DNA from: Chthoniobacterales bacterium
Lineage (GTDB): Bacteria > Verrucomicrobiota > Verrucomicrobiia > Chthoniobacterales > Chthoniobacteraceae
Length of the DNA stretch: 38,126 nt
Direction: 5' to 3'
Assembly: GCA_038207335.1 (NCBI GenBank)
Contig: JBBQZX010000037.1
Coordinates: 1-38,126, forward strand
This document shows positions 9,016-21,900 of this stretch, one piece after another. The position numbers were made by a program, and so were the translations under genes. The notes below the pieces were generated by a model that saw only the letters and a program-made list of their open reading frames with translations, made no database searches and had not been told where the DNA came from. How positions within the stretch are numbered: position 1 is the first letter of the stretch; each line of letters opens with the position of its first letter.

Positions 9016-9670
9016 AGCCGACTCCGCGCATCGTGTGGATCAGCTTTTTGTCGAAGTCCTTGTCGATCTTGATGCGCAGGCGGCAGACGAGGACATCGAC
9101 GACATTGGTCTGCGGGTCGAAGGAGTAGTCCCACAGATGCTCGAGCAGGTAGGTCTTTGTGAGCGCCTTTCCGGGGCTGAGCATGAGCGCTTCGAGGAGC
9201 GAAAACTCGCGCGGCTGGAGGTCCATTTTTTCTTCGTCGCGCGTAACTTCGCGCTTCAAACGATCGAGCACCAAGCCCCCGCCCTCGAGCCGCGAAGGCT
9301 GTTCACCGCCGCGCGCACGGCGACGAATCGCCTGCGTGCGTGCGAGGAGCTCGGAGAATGAAAAAGGCTTTGAGACATAGTCGTCGGCACCGGCTTCCAG
9401 GCAACGCACGCGATCCTCGGTCGCGCGCTTGGCGCTGAGGACGATGATTGGCGTGTCGATCTTTTGTGCGCGGAGACGTTGGATGAGGGTCAATCCATCG
9501 ATCTCCGGGAGCATGAGATCCACGATGGCCATGTCGTATTGCCGTGTCGTTGCGTGGAAGATGCCGTCCTCACCGCTGCCGACCGAGTCCACGGTGTCGC
9601 CGACTTCTTGAAATCCTTTCGTGAGAAAGGAGGCGATTTTGAGATCATCTTCGACAACGAGAACGCGCAT
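8996..9670 (-). CDS. OmpR/PhoB-family response regulator (224 aa), CusR/CopR-like
   Basis: Probable start at ATG 9670 (MRVLVVEDD), not 9811. Receiver VDLMLPEIDG, GADDYVSKPF; winged helix TNVVDVLVCRLRIKID...TMRGVGY. Overlaps the kinase start by 20 nt. Confidence 0.95.
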   Translation of the reverse strand: MRVLVVEDDLKIASFLTKGFQEVGDTVDSVGSGEDGIFHATTRQYDMAIVDLMLPEIDGLTLIQRLRAQKIDTPIIVLSAKRATEDRVRCLEAGADDYVSKPFSFSELLARTQAIRRRARGGEQPSRLEGGGLVLDRLKREVTRDEEKMDLQPREFSLLEALMLSPGKALTKTYLLEHLWDYSFDPQTNVVDVLVCRLRIKIDKDFDKKLIHTMRGVGYVFRAD

Positions 9671-9916
9671 GTTTTTTGGAAAGGTGTGAGGGTTTCGATG
9701 GGGGGGTTGAGAGCGGGAAGTGACGGTGGTTTTCCCGCATTCAAGATTACGCGCTATGGTTGGGGACTGCGAGATATTGAAACCAGTCCTGAGTCGGCGG
9801 ATTTTGCACACCGCATTGGTTTTCGAATTTGGGCGCGTTTAACCGCAGCAGCGCGGACGAATGTTGCCAGATGGGCGGCGAAGATATTCGCCGCTGCAAA
9901 CGTGCTGCTTCAGTGC

Positions 9917-12900
9917 TCAGGCGCGGCGGCGAAAGCGGCGGAGGCCGAGGAGCGAAGCGAGGCCGGTGAGGAGGGTGACTGCACTGCCGGGCTCGGGGAC
10001 TTGAGCGATGAGCGCAACGTCGTTTCCAAACGTGCCGAGGTCGCCGTTGGCGGTGTAGGTGACGGTCCAGCCGTAGCCGCTGAAGTTCACGGTGCTGCCC
10101 TCCGCCAAGCCCGCAAATGTGCCGCCAACTGCGTCGGTGCCGTCATTCAGGATGAGGTAAAAGACGTCGTTGAGCTGTGGCGCGAAGCCGTTGATGAGCG
10201 AACCCTGAAGCGAACCGGCGAGGTTGACGCCACCAGTGACGAGCAGTTGGTCGTATTGCGTCCCAGCGGTGTTGCCGCCGATTTCGATCGTCAGATTTGC
10301 GGGCGCCTGAAGGTCGAGGGTGCCGGTCGAAAGAGCACCGGGGCCATTTCCGGGAGCGAGGCTGCCACCGGTGAGTGTAACCGCGCCGGTGATAACACCG
10401 CTGCCTTTCAACGTGCCGGAGGCGACATTCGCGCTGCCGAAGAGCGTTCCATTCACGGCCGCTACACCGTTGCTCACGACGAGCGAACCGGAGATGGAAC
10501 CGCCCGCGAGGATGTTCGCAGCCGCTCCTCCGCCGACAGTCAAGCTGCCGCCGAAGCCCGTGCCGACGCCCGTGAAATTCACGACGCCTCCCTCAACTCC
10601 AATCATTGTCGCGTTGCCGATAATCGAGTCGCCGATCGTGACCGTGCCGGTTTCGGCGTCGTTGATGAGGACGTTCGCGCTGTCGGCAAATGTCGCTGCG
10701 GCCGCATTGAAGATCTGGCCGCCTGCGACATTGATGATCGCCAGCGGTGCGAAGCCCGCGATTGCGAGGACATCGGTATTGCTGACGCCGGAGGTGTTCG
10801 TGAGCGTGAGCGTGCCGACGGAGGAGCTGCTTCCATTGATCGTCGTCGTCGCCGTCATGTCGATCGCGCCGGCGCTGAGAGCCGCGCCAGCCGCGATGTC
10901 GATGCTTCCCTTTCCACCGACCGATGTGCGGAAAAGCGAGCCGTCACCCGGATCGATCGGGCGGCTGAATTGCGAGCCGTCGAGCGCGGTCGTGCCGTCG
11001 GTGTTGAGGCCGAAGCCGAAGTTGTTCGCCCACCCATTTCCCACGGCGGGACCCGCGCCGCCGGTCCCGTTGCGGAAGCGGACTTCGATCGTGTGCCAGC
11101 CGTCGCCGTCGGGCCCCATGCCAAATGCAAGCGTTGGCGTGCCGGTGTTCACCGAAGCCGTGTCGAGCGTCGTGCCGCGCTGGCCAATGGCGAGCGCGGT
11201 GCTGGTGACGGTCTGGTAGGCGTTGGTGCCGGAGTTGTTGAGCAGGCGAGTGACGCCGTCGATGGAGACGAAGGTGTTGTCGTCGATATTTTCCGCGAAT
11301 GTAAATGCGCCGTCGGCATCGTTGAACTGGCCGGTATAGACCCACGTCTCGTTGTCGCTCCAGCCGGTGAGCGGGTTCTGAGTGACGACATTCGTCTGGC
11401 CGAGCCGTGGCTCGAGGACGATGCCGAACTGGCCGGGATTCGCCTGGCGGCTCACGGAGAAGTCGCTGAAGTTGCCGCCCGCAATCCGACCCTCCAGCAA
11501 ACCAGGGAGGTAACTTGTGGTCGTGCCAGCGATGGTGCCTAGGATTGTGGTCGAGCCGCTGACGATTTGCACGCGGCCACTGTTGGTGATGTTTCCAGTC
11601 CGCGTGATCGCGCTGCCGCCGCCGTCAAATTGCAGCACGGCCTGCTGTCCGGCGACAGGCTGACTATTCGTTCCGGCGGTCGTAGCGGCGATGCCGACGA
11701 CAGTAATCGGGCCCGAACCGACCGGCGCCATGCTCGCGCCGGTGGGCGCGATGCGGAGCGTGCCGCTCTGGACTTCAGCACCGCCGGTGCTGGTCGCTAC
11801 GGGGTTTGTGAGCGTGACAAACGAGTCGCCGGAGACGACGAGCTTCGTCGGCGTTGCGCCTTGATTTGCAAGCGATCCAACGAGTGTGATCGGCTGGCCG
11901 ACGGTCTGGAAGCGCCCGCTGCCCTGGATCGTATTCGAGAAGATCGTGACCGCGCCGCCGTTCGCCCCGATCACGCCATTATTGCGCAGCGTCCCAATGG
12001 TGAGCGACGCGCTCGGATCGATGATGAGCGCACCGGTGATTGCGCCGTTCACGACGCCGTTGGTGCCGTTCGTGACGGCGCCCGCATTCGCGCTCACGTC
12101 GAGCACGCCGGCCACGTCCACGGCATTGCCCGTGATCGTGTGGAATCCTTTCACCGACAGGTTTTGCAGGCTGTTGGTCGCAGCGTTGAGCGTCAGATTT
12201 CCCGAGGTGGAGAGGCTAATGCCCTGCGGCCCGGCGATCTCGATATTGCCCGAGAACGTCGGAGCGTAAGCATTCAAATCTACGAAGCGCGTGCCGCCTT
12301 TGACCAGCGTCCCGGAGCCATCGACTTGCGTGAATGCAGTGCGGAACCCATTGCCGGCGATCGGATTTCCCTGGCTGTAAATCGTGTTCAAAACGTGCGT
12401 GCCCGCCGCCACATTCAGCGTGCCGAAGGTGATCGTCTGGTTGATCGTCGTCGTACCCTGGCGATCGACATCGAGGATCGAGTCCGCGGTGAGAGTGATG
12501 TTGTTGCCATAGACGCCGCCGTTCGTGTCGCGGACGCGGAAGTCACCGCCGTCGAGCGAGATCGTCGCGGTGCCGATCGTGCTGCCGGTCGCGTTGGTCG
12601 TGCTTAGCGATTCAAGGACCGAGTTGGTGCCCACGCGGATCGTGCCGGAAAAGTTGTTTGCGATATTTCGCAACGAGAAAACACCGCCGCCGCCGTAACC
12701 CGTCGCGAGCTGCGGGCCGACGAGATTGATCGTTCCCGCACCGGTCAGTAGATGATTCACGGTGATGTTCCCGTTGTTTGAAAACGGAATGAACGAGTCG
12801 AACGCATCGATCTGCACCGAGGCACCGGCCGGCACGTCGAGAAAGCCCGTGCTGCCGACGACGCCGAGATTCGCGGAGTTGATCGTGGCGCCGAGACGCG

Positions 12901-15900
12901 AGCCGTTTTTCAGCCGGATGCTCCCGGTGAATAGACCGCCGTTGTTGTTGAAGAAGAGCCCCGCGCCGGATTGAACGGTGGTGATCGCGGATTCGGAGCC
13001 GAGGGCGTTTGCATTGTCCGCGCGCACGGCGCCGGACTGGATGTTCAGCACTTCGGTCGGCGTCGAGGGATTGCCAAATTGCCCGGTGCCAGTGGCAGCC
13101 AGGACGAGCAGCCCGGTGCCCGCTTTCACAAGTCCGCCCTCCGCCACGCCGGTCGGCACGACGCCGATATTTGTCTCCCATGTCATGCCGACCGCGGCGA
13201 GGCCGGTGCTGCCGATCGGCGAGTCGATGAGCAGCGTCTGCGGCGAGCCGGCGTTGCCGGTGAAGTTGATCGTGCCGATGTTCGCGCGCACCGTCGGCGT
13301 GCTGGTCGGGTTGGAATTTGTCGCGATAATCGGCGTCGCGGCGGTGAGATTCAGCGCGGCGCTGACCTGCGCATTTGGCCGGCTCACGATCGTGCGGCTC
13401 GCGTTGTCGCCGCCGTTTTCGTTGAAGGTGATCGCCGCGAGTGTCTCCGTCACCGCGGCGTCGCGGAGGAAGAGGATCGCGCCGCCGAAGAGGTTCACTG
13501 TCGCGGCCTGATTGATCTGGCTCGGCTGGAGTTCGGTCACGGTCGAATTGTGAATATTCACCTGCATGCTCGGCACGGAGACGATCGTAGTGCCGTTCGC
13601 ACCGCTCAGGTTGAGGCTCACGTTGCCATTCACGGTACTCGCGCCGCTCGAACCGGCGTTGAAGTAAGTCGCGCCGGTGTAGTTATTCGCCGCGCCGAGC
13701 GAGAGCGTGCCGGAGCCGGCTTTGGTTAGCGCGATTGCACCGGTGATCGGCACGTTGATGCTCGTAGTGTTCTGCTGGATGTAGAGATTGAGTTCGCCCG
13801 AGGCGGAGGTGATCGAGCCGCTGCCGCCTGTGTAGGTGATTGCCTGGTTCGCGTTCGTAAGCAGGCCGCCGCTGTTAATCGTGAGCCCACCGGAAAGCGT
13901 GAGCGTCTGCGCCGCGCCGGGTCCGTTACGGATCGAGTTCACAACGCTGTCCACGGCGATCGTGCGGCTCGTGCCGTCGTTGTAATTCAGCGTGCCGGTC
14001 GTCGTGTTTGCACTGCTCAGGTCGGTCGAGTCGTAGGTCGCGAAGCCGTCCGTCGTATTCCCGAGAGCGCCGACTCCCCGCACCGGATCGTAGGTTGCGA
14101 AGCTGTCGTTATTCACGACCGCCCATCCACCGATGATGTTGTTGGTCAGCGAGACGACGGCGTTGTTGAGTTGCTCGATGAGGTAGCGGATCGCCGTGCT
14201 CGTGTCTCCGGCGGCACCGACTGTGCCGTAATTTTGCTGGAACGAAGTCGTCGCGCCGGGCGAGCGCACGAGGTTGCCGATCGTCGTGATCGCGGAGCCG
14301 TTTCCGCCAGAGAGGGTTTGGAAAAGGTTCTGGCCCTGGAGCAGATTCACGGTCGCGAGGGTCTGCGTGGTGACCGCGCTCGCGTGGCCGCGGAGGACGA
14401 AATCGCCGCCCCGGAAATTGACCGTCGCGGAGGGATTGATGCGGTTGTTTACGTTCTCAAGGTAGCTGCTGTCCGCGTCGATGCGGCCGTAATTCAGCGC
14501 AATGCTGCTGACGTTCGAGAGGGTGCCGGAGTCGCGCAAGAGCACGGTGCCCTGGCGCACTTGCAGCGCGCCGGTGGTCGGATTCGTGTTCGTGAGGACG
14601 AGCGTGTTGTTGCCAAATTTTTGGAGCGAAATCGCGCCGGTCACATGACCGGAAAACGTGCCGCTACCTTGCATCGAGACCGTCGCCGGCGCGAAGCTGG
14701 TTAGCGTGCCACCCTCGCTTCCCGCATCCGCCAGCAGCGTGCCGCTCTCGAACCGATCGAAGAATTGATCGTGTCCGTTGATGTTCAAAGTGCCGCCGGT
14801 CAGCTCAAGCTGCGGGCCGTTCCAGCCGCTCGTGTTGACGCCGGTATTGCGCACGTTCCCAAAGCTGTCGTTCACGACGACCGTCCCCTCATGGATCGCG
14901 TAACGCCCGCGCAGTGCGGTGAGCGAACCCGGGCCGAACGTCGCCGTGCCCGAGCCCGTCTTTACGAAGCCCTGATCGGAAAATACCGAGCCGTTGATGT
15001 TCACATCGCCAAACGCGTGGACATAGAGCGACACGCCGCCATTCGAGCGCAGCAGCGAATCGCCACTTGCATTGATCGTTGCGGACGCGCCTGCGGGGAT
15101 GAGCAGGCCGCCGGCATTCAAAATGACCTGCGACGGCTGCGTGAGATTCGGCAGCGTCCCATTGATCGCGAGGCTTGCGCCGTCCTCGAGTTTCAAGACC
15201 TGAAAGCGCGTGTCGCCGGTCGTCGTGAGCGCGCCGGTCGCGCGGACGTTGAGATTCGTGTTCTGATTTTGCCGGAGATACGGCGCGTACTCGGATGCCT
15301 GCAAAACGCGGATGCCCGTGCGATTAACCGCGTTCACGATGTCGATCGTGGCGAAGTCGCCGGTCGTCGCCGTGAGGCTCGTCGCCGCGAGCAAATCGCC
15401 GCGCACCGGGACGACGGAAGTTCCCGCCGCACCAGCGATGAAGCCATTCGCCGTGCCGCTCTGCCCGTACGCACCCGCCGCGAGCAGGTTCGGTGTGGTG
15501 ATGAAAACGAGACCGTCGACGGGATTCGCGGGGTTCGGCGTGTAGTTCCCTAGCGTGTCGTAGCTGCCCGGCAGGCCCGCAAGTCCCGGCCCTCGCAGCA
15601 GCCACGCGGCATTGCGGTCGCCCGTGTTTTGGAAATTTTCCATCAACCCAAACGTGAGCGAGGTGGTGAGCGAGGTGGTGCCCATCGCGGGAACGACGGT
15701 CACTTTACCAAACCCGCCCGTGTTGCCCGTCGAGATGCCGGAGTAGCCCGAGCCCGCGGAAGCCGCGAGGCCAAAGAGCTGCACGTCCGCGACCTGTGTC
15801 GCGTTGCCGAGCAGCTTGAACTCCCCGCCGCCCGCGGTCGTCAGCCAACGATTCCCGCTGCCCGCCGCCTGCCGGTCTGCGACTGCCACGACGCTGTTGT

Positions 15901-18900
15901 CAAAGGTCAGCGTGCCACTTTTCCCGAGCCGCAGCTCGCCGCCGGTCCACCGCCCATTCGCGCCTCCGAGCACGAGTTCGCCCTGGTAAACCGCGAGGAA
16001 GCCCGTGCTATCGCTCGTGTTTGCGAGTGTCATCTGCGAAGGGCCAACTTTGATCAGAATCGGATTCTGATTGTTCGTGCTCTTGATCACGCCACCGAAG
16101 GTGTAATTGGTCGTCGTTCCGTAGCCGGTAAGCAGCGTGAAATTTGCCGCCGGATTTCCAGTGCCGTTATTCTGCGCAAACACCGCGCCGTTGCCTGTCA
16201 ACGCGCCGATGAATTCCGCATTGTTTGCCTGCTCGAGCCGCAGCGCGCTGCCATCGTCGTTCAGACTCCCGGTGAAGCTCGTGACCGGGTCCGCGAGATT
16301 CAATGCAGCAGCATCGGGGAACACGTTGAGATTCGCGAAGCTGAGGATGGAGCCGTTGCCGCTCACGGACACGACGTTCGTCTGGTCGCCGGTATTCGTG
16401 TTGTTTGCAGTTAGGCGCACGCGTCCGATCTTCGGATTCCCGTCGATGCCCGTGCTGCCGATCGTCGCACTCGCGCCGGGTTGAAAATCAAGGCCCTCGT
16501 TGATGTTCAAATCCGTGCCTGTCGTCGCGGCGATCGTGATCGCGCCATCGACCAGGATACGTCCGCGCCCCTCGTTAATGGTGCGCGAGTTGGAGTCGTT
16601 GATGAGTCCGCCACCGGTGGTGAGAGTCACGTCCTGCCCGCCGAAGACGACGATGCCCGCGCCGGTCGGAGTGAAAAGATCGTTCTGGTTCGTGAATGTG
16701 CGATTGCCCGCGTAGGCCTGTAAAATGACGGGGCCGGAGGCGAAGCGCCCGAAGTTGAAGATGTTGTCGGTTGTCGGCCGCACGATCGCGCCTGGCTCGA
16801 AGACGAACTGGTCGTCTGCGATCAACCCGGCATTCGAGCCGAGAAAAGCGGCCACATTTCCAAGCTCTAAAATGCCGCCACTCTGCACGCGCAGCGTACC
16901 CGTCTGCGAAGTGCCGATGCCTGACGCGTCGTTGACGAGGAATCGTCCGCCGCTTTCGATCGTCACGTAACCGTTAAGCGGACCAGGGACCGGATACGCA
17001 TGACCGAACGGCTGATTCGCCGCCGCCCCGACGAGTACAAAGTTTCCAGGGTCGAGCGTGCCGCCAGCCTGCACGCGGATTTTCGCGTTGTTCGCAGGGT
17101 TTAGATCGCTGCCGAGCGAGCTCGTGCGGTTCGGCTGGAAAATAGCGCCCGCGGCGACGAGGAACGTCAAATCGGACGGCAGGCTCACTGGCGTGTCTTC
17201 GTTCAGTGTGACGGTGCCGGTGACGAACGCGTTGATCGGCACGCCCGCTCGATTGACGATTGAGTAGCTGCCGATGCTCCCGTCCTGGCCGAGCGTGAGC
17301 GCCGCGAATCCGCCGTCTCGCGCGAGGCCCTGCAGGGTGAAGTCGCTATTGGCAAAGATCGTCCCCTGGCTCCACTGGCGACTGCTGCGGTCGGTCGAAA
17401 GGCCCATCCACGGCGTGCCATTTCCAACCGTGATGAACTGCTGCGCACCGCCGTTGAACGTATTGCTGAGGCCGAAGAACAGGTCGGCCTCCGTCCCAAG
17501 ATTCTGGATCGTGCGCAGCCCCGAGCCCACGTCGCCGTTGAGCGTCGTGTTGTGCCCAACGATCGCGCCGGGATCGAGATGGACATCGCCGCCCGTAACC
17601 GGCGCGCCCGCGACGCGCGTGAGGCTGGCCATGCCGCCGCCCGTGCCATTCGTCTGCCCGAAAAGGCTGCTGCCCGCAGTGATCGAGAAGCGGTCGCCCG
17701 GCATCGTGAAAAGCGCGCCGGTGTTCTGGAGAAAAATCTCCGCATTGTCCGCGGCCGTGATGATCGAAGTCGTCGAATTCACCGATCCGGGATTGTTCAA
17801 AGTCAGGCGCGAGTTTTTCACCGCTACGCTGCCCGAGCCAAGCGCCCCCGCGACATTCGCCTGCAGCGTTCCGCGATTGACGAACGTGCCGCCCGTATAG
17901 CCGTTCGCCACGGCGAGAGTCACCTGCCCGTCGAGGTCTTTCACGAGCCCGACGGTCGCACCGGCATTGCTCGGGTTGTCGATGATCGCGGAGTTGATCG
18001 TGAGCGTGTTCGAGTTGTTGTGCAGGAAAAGCTCCTGCGGCGCAGTCGCATTGATCACGCCCGCAGTCAGGCTCCCCTGCCCCGCGGTCGCGCCGAGCGT
18101 GTTCGCGAAATTCGTGCCATCGGTCAGCACACCGCCGCTGCCGATGTAGAGCACGTCATTCGTATCGGTGAATGCGAGCGTCTGTGCCGCGCCGTTGCCA
18201 AAGCGCAGCGAAAGCATTTCGAGCGCGTTAGACCCGGAATCGTCGAACATCGCCGTGCCTGCGGCGTTCAGATTGATGAGTTGCGCAGCCGTCGGCGTGA
18301 AGTTCGTCGCGCCTTGATTCGTGTAGGTCGCGATCTGAATTCCGGTCGCAGTGTATCTCGCGAAGTCGATGGAGTTGATGGTCGCCCAGCCTCCGATCAG
18401 CGCGGCATTCGGCGCAGCGCCATTGACTTGCGTGAGCAGCACGCGCGCGTTGTTTCCCGTCGAGCCGAGCGTGCCCACCGTTCCCGCAAACCGCACGGTC
18501 GAGCCTAGCGTGTGGACGAGATTCGAGATCGTCACGTCGCTTCCCTGCCCATTGATGTTCGTGTTGATGCTGCTCTGTCCCGACTGGAGCGTAACCGTAC
18601 CGAATGTCTCCGACGTGTTTCCCGCCGAGTTCTTCGCATTGTAGAAAAGCGTGCCGCCCGCGAGCACGATGGGCGTCGTGTCCGCCAGCCGATCCGCGAT
18701 TCGCAGGCTCGCGAAAATGCCGACGCCGTTGTTGTCATCGACCGTCAGTGTGGCCCCGGGATTGATCGTGATTCCCGCGAGATTCGTGAATTGCCCGCCT
18801 GCTCGGATTTGGAACGAGCCGCCGTTCGTCGCGATCACGACATTGCCCGCGAAGTCGTTTGTGTTGACGTTCTGAAACTCGCCAAAGCCTGTCTTTGTCA

Positions 18901-21900
18901 GCGTTCCCGAGCCGCCGAGGTAGTTCTGCAGGTTGAATGCCGCGATCGTACCGTTGATGACGTCTATCGTGCCACCGGCCGCGCCGACCTGCACATTTCG
19001 CGAGACGCGGAGGTGGCTTGAGCCAAACGTCGTCGGTGCCGCGTTCACTGTTTGCAACGTTCCGCCGTTCAGCACGATCGCGTTCGCCGCGGCACCGAGC
19101 TGATCGTCATTCGTGAGCACGAGCACGCTGCCGGGATCGAGCGTCACGTCGCCGGTGAACGTATTCGCCAGCAGGAATCGCGTCGTCCCCGCGCCGATCG
19201 TGACGCCGCCGCCGCCCGCGAGCGAGGAGCCGATCGTCAGACGTCCCGTGCCGCCGCCGAAGTGGAAGCCGGACGCGCCCGCGGTAAGCGCGCCGGTCGA
19301 GGTCACAAGCCCATTCGCCCCGAGGCTGAGGCTCGGATTCGCGGTGAAATCCAGCGCATTCGCGGTGTCCTGCGTCAGCACGAGACTGCCCACGGATGCT
19401 GCTCCGATGCGGCTCAGCAGCGAACTCGTCGGCGCGTACCCCGCGATGACGCGCGTGCCAGTCGGAGCCGTGATGTTCACGCCCGCGCCCGGGTCGCTGT
19501 CGAATTGAAACGCCAATCCCGCCGGCACCGTCGCCGCGCCAAAGCTCTGCGGCCCGCTGAAGCCGAGCGCGCCGCCGAGCAGCGTGACATTTGGGAGCGT
19601 CGCGTTGTTGTTTGAAAATATGAGCGCGCCGTCACCGGTCTTGTTGATCGTCGCGCTGCCGCCGAGCCCGATCGGCCCGCTGACGACGAACTCGCCGCCC
19701 GCATCCACGCGCAGCGTCGCGCCCGTGACGCCCGCGCCAAACGCGACAGCGCCCGTCGTCGAGACCTTCCCCGCGAGCACGCGGAGCCCGTTCGCGTCGT
19801 TCAAAGTGATGTCCTCATTCCCGAGGTCGAGTGCCCCGGAAGCAAGCAACTGCGCGCCTCCCGCGACCGTTGTCCCATTTCCCGCGCCGCCCGCGCCGAG
19901 GGTTCCATTGACGAGCCGCAGCGTGCCGCTGTTCACATTCGTCATGCCGGTGTAGGAATTGGAATTGGCCAGCACGGCCGTGTTCGTGCCGGCATTCACA
20001 GTCACGCCGCCCGCGCCCGCGAGGTGCGCGATCAAACTGCCGCCAGAGAGCGTCGCGCCATTTGAAACTGTGAGCGTCCCGCTGCCGATGATCTGCCCGC
20101 CGCTGAGCGTGAGCGCGTTCACGGTGTCGCTCTGCGATCCGAGATCGAGGATTCCGCCGAGCACGGAAACCGCCGCGGTGTCGGCGATCTGGTTGCTCAA
20201 AAGCAGCCGCACATTCGCGACATCCGGGCCGGTCGTTGCGGCATTCACCGTTAGGTCGCCGGCGATGCTGTTTCCGCCCGCGGCGTTGAGCCGGAGCTGG
20301 CCGCCGGTCACATTCGTGAGTCCGGTGAAAGTGTTTGCGGCCTGAAACTCCGTGAAGTACGGACCCGCGACTTTCACGCCAAAACCCGAGCCGCCATCAC
20401 CGATCGCTCCGGTGAAAATGAGTCCGCCGGAGGTCGGCGCGAGCGTGGCTGTGGCGGAGGAAATCGTGCCGCTGGCAACGGTCAGGTCGTCGATCGTCGG
20501 GCTCGTGATCGTTAGGATGCCGTTGCCCAGATCGAGGCTCGGTGCGGTGGCCGGCGTTAGCAGGTCAATCGTGCCATTCGCGGTGAAGCCGATGGCGCCG
20601 AGATCGATGGCAGCGAGCGATCCGGTAAAGACCGAATTCGGGACGGCCCCGAGGACAACCGTGTTGTTTGCGGTGTCTGCGCCGCTGTAGCGCACGACCG
20701 CGTAGCCGCCGCCGGTGCCCTGCGTCTGCTTCACGACGATGCTGTGGTAGCCGGCCGAGAGGGTCACCGCGCCGCCGATGTTCGTGTTGGTATTGCCCGT
20801 CACGCCGAGCAGACCGATCTGCTGGCCATCGATGATAAGGACGAGGTTGTCGTCGTTAATCCCCGAGAATTGGTAGCTGTCCGCGGAGGTAATATTGAGC
20901 AGCCCCTTCCACATGATGCCGTCCTGCACGCCGCCCGGACCCGCGCCGAGCGCGAAGCCGGGAACGGGCACAGTCGGGAGCGTGCCCTGGCCGGAGTTCG
21001 GCACATTGATGTCGGCATCGATGCGCGTGAAGGCGCGAGGCGCAAGGTCGATGCGATCGGTCGCGAAGAGGCTTGAGTTGATCCCGGGATTCGAGCCGAA
21101 GTTGAAATACGTTGCGTTCAGACCCGCGACGCCGACCGTCGGCGCGGAGGCTGCGAGATAAGCGGTGCGCAGTGTGCCGCCGCTGAGATTCACCACGCCC
21201 GTGCCTCGCGCGGTTGGATTGGTGATCGAAAGCACCGCGTTCGCGTTGACGTTGATGCGTCCGGAGAAGCTGCTGTTGTTGCCCGAGAGCACGAGCGTGC
21301 CGGTGCCCGCCGTCGGCCCGCCGACGTTGAGGATACCGCTGTTCGTGAGCGCGCCGCTAAGCGTCAACGTGCGCCCGTTGCCTGTCGTATTAAAATCACG
21401 CGTATTTGCCGTGATGTTCCCCGCGACGTCGATCACGCCGGAGAACGTGCTGTTTCCCCCGTCGCCGCTGAGCGCGCCGCTGTTGCCGGTGATGTTCGCG
21501 TCCCATGTGCGATTCGTGATCACAAACTCTCCGCCAGCCAGCGTGATTGCAGGCTTCACAGTCCCGAGCGCCTGGTCGTTCTGCAGTTCCAAGAATCCGC
21601 CTGCGACCGTCACCGCGCCGTTGAATCCCGTATTCGCCGCCGCAAGCTGCACCACACCCGCGCCCGTCGTCGTGAGCGCGCCGCTGCCGGTGATCTGCCC
21701 CGCGTCATTCAGCAAAATCTTTCCGCTCGTCCCCGCGTTCACCGTATTCAAAAACCCCCCGCTCGCGGTGATCGTGAAAACACGACTGCTCGTAGGATCG
21801 AACGCTCCCGTCCCTGCCCAACTAAACCCGCCGCCATCCGCGATCAGCGGATTCGCCACATCGCCGAGATTTGCATCTGCGGTGAATGAGACAAGCCCGC

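Noticed and set aside
9671..9811. N-terminal extension of the response regulator ORF
   Set aside because: The receiver domain starts cleanly at MRVLVVEDD (9670); the extension looks like leader sequence.
9464..11542. 692-aa plus-strand ORF and many other long ORFs opposite real genes (e.g. 5972..7345, 7513..8400, 22340..23788, 31308..32861, 36501..37871)
   Set aside because: Antisense or alternative-frame shadows expected in GC-rich coding DNA, with no recognisable motifs.
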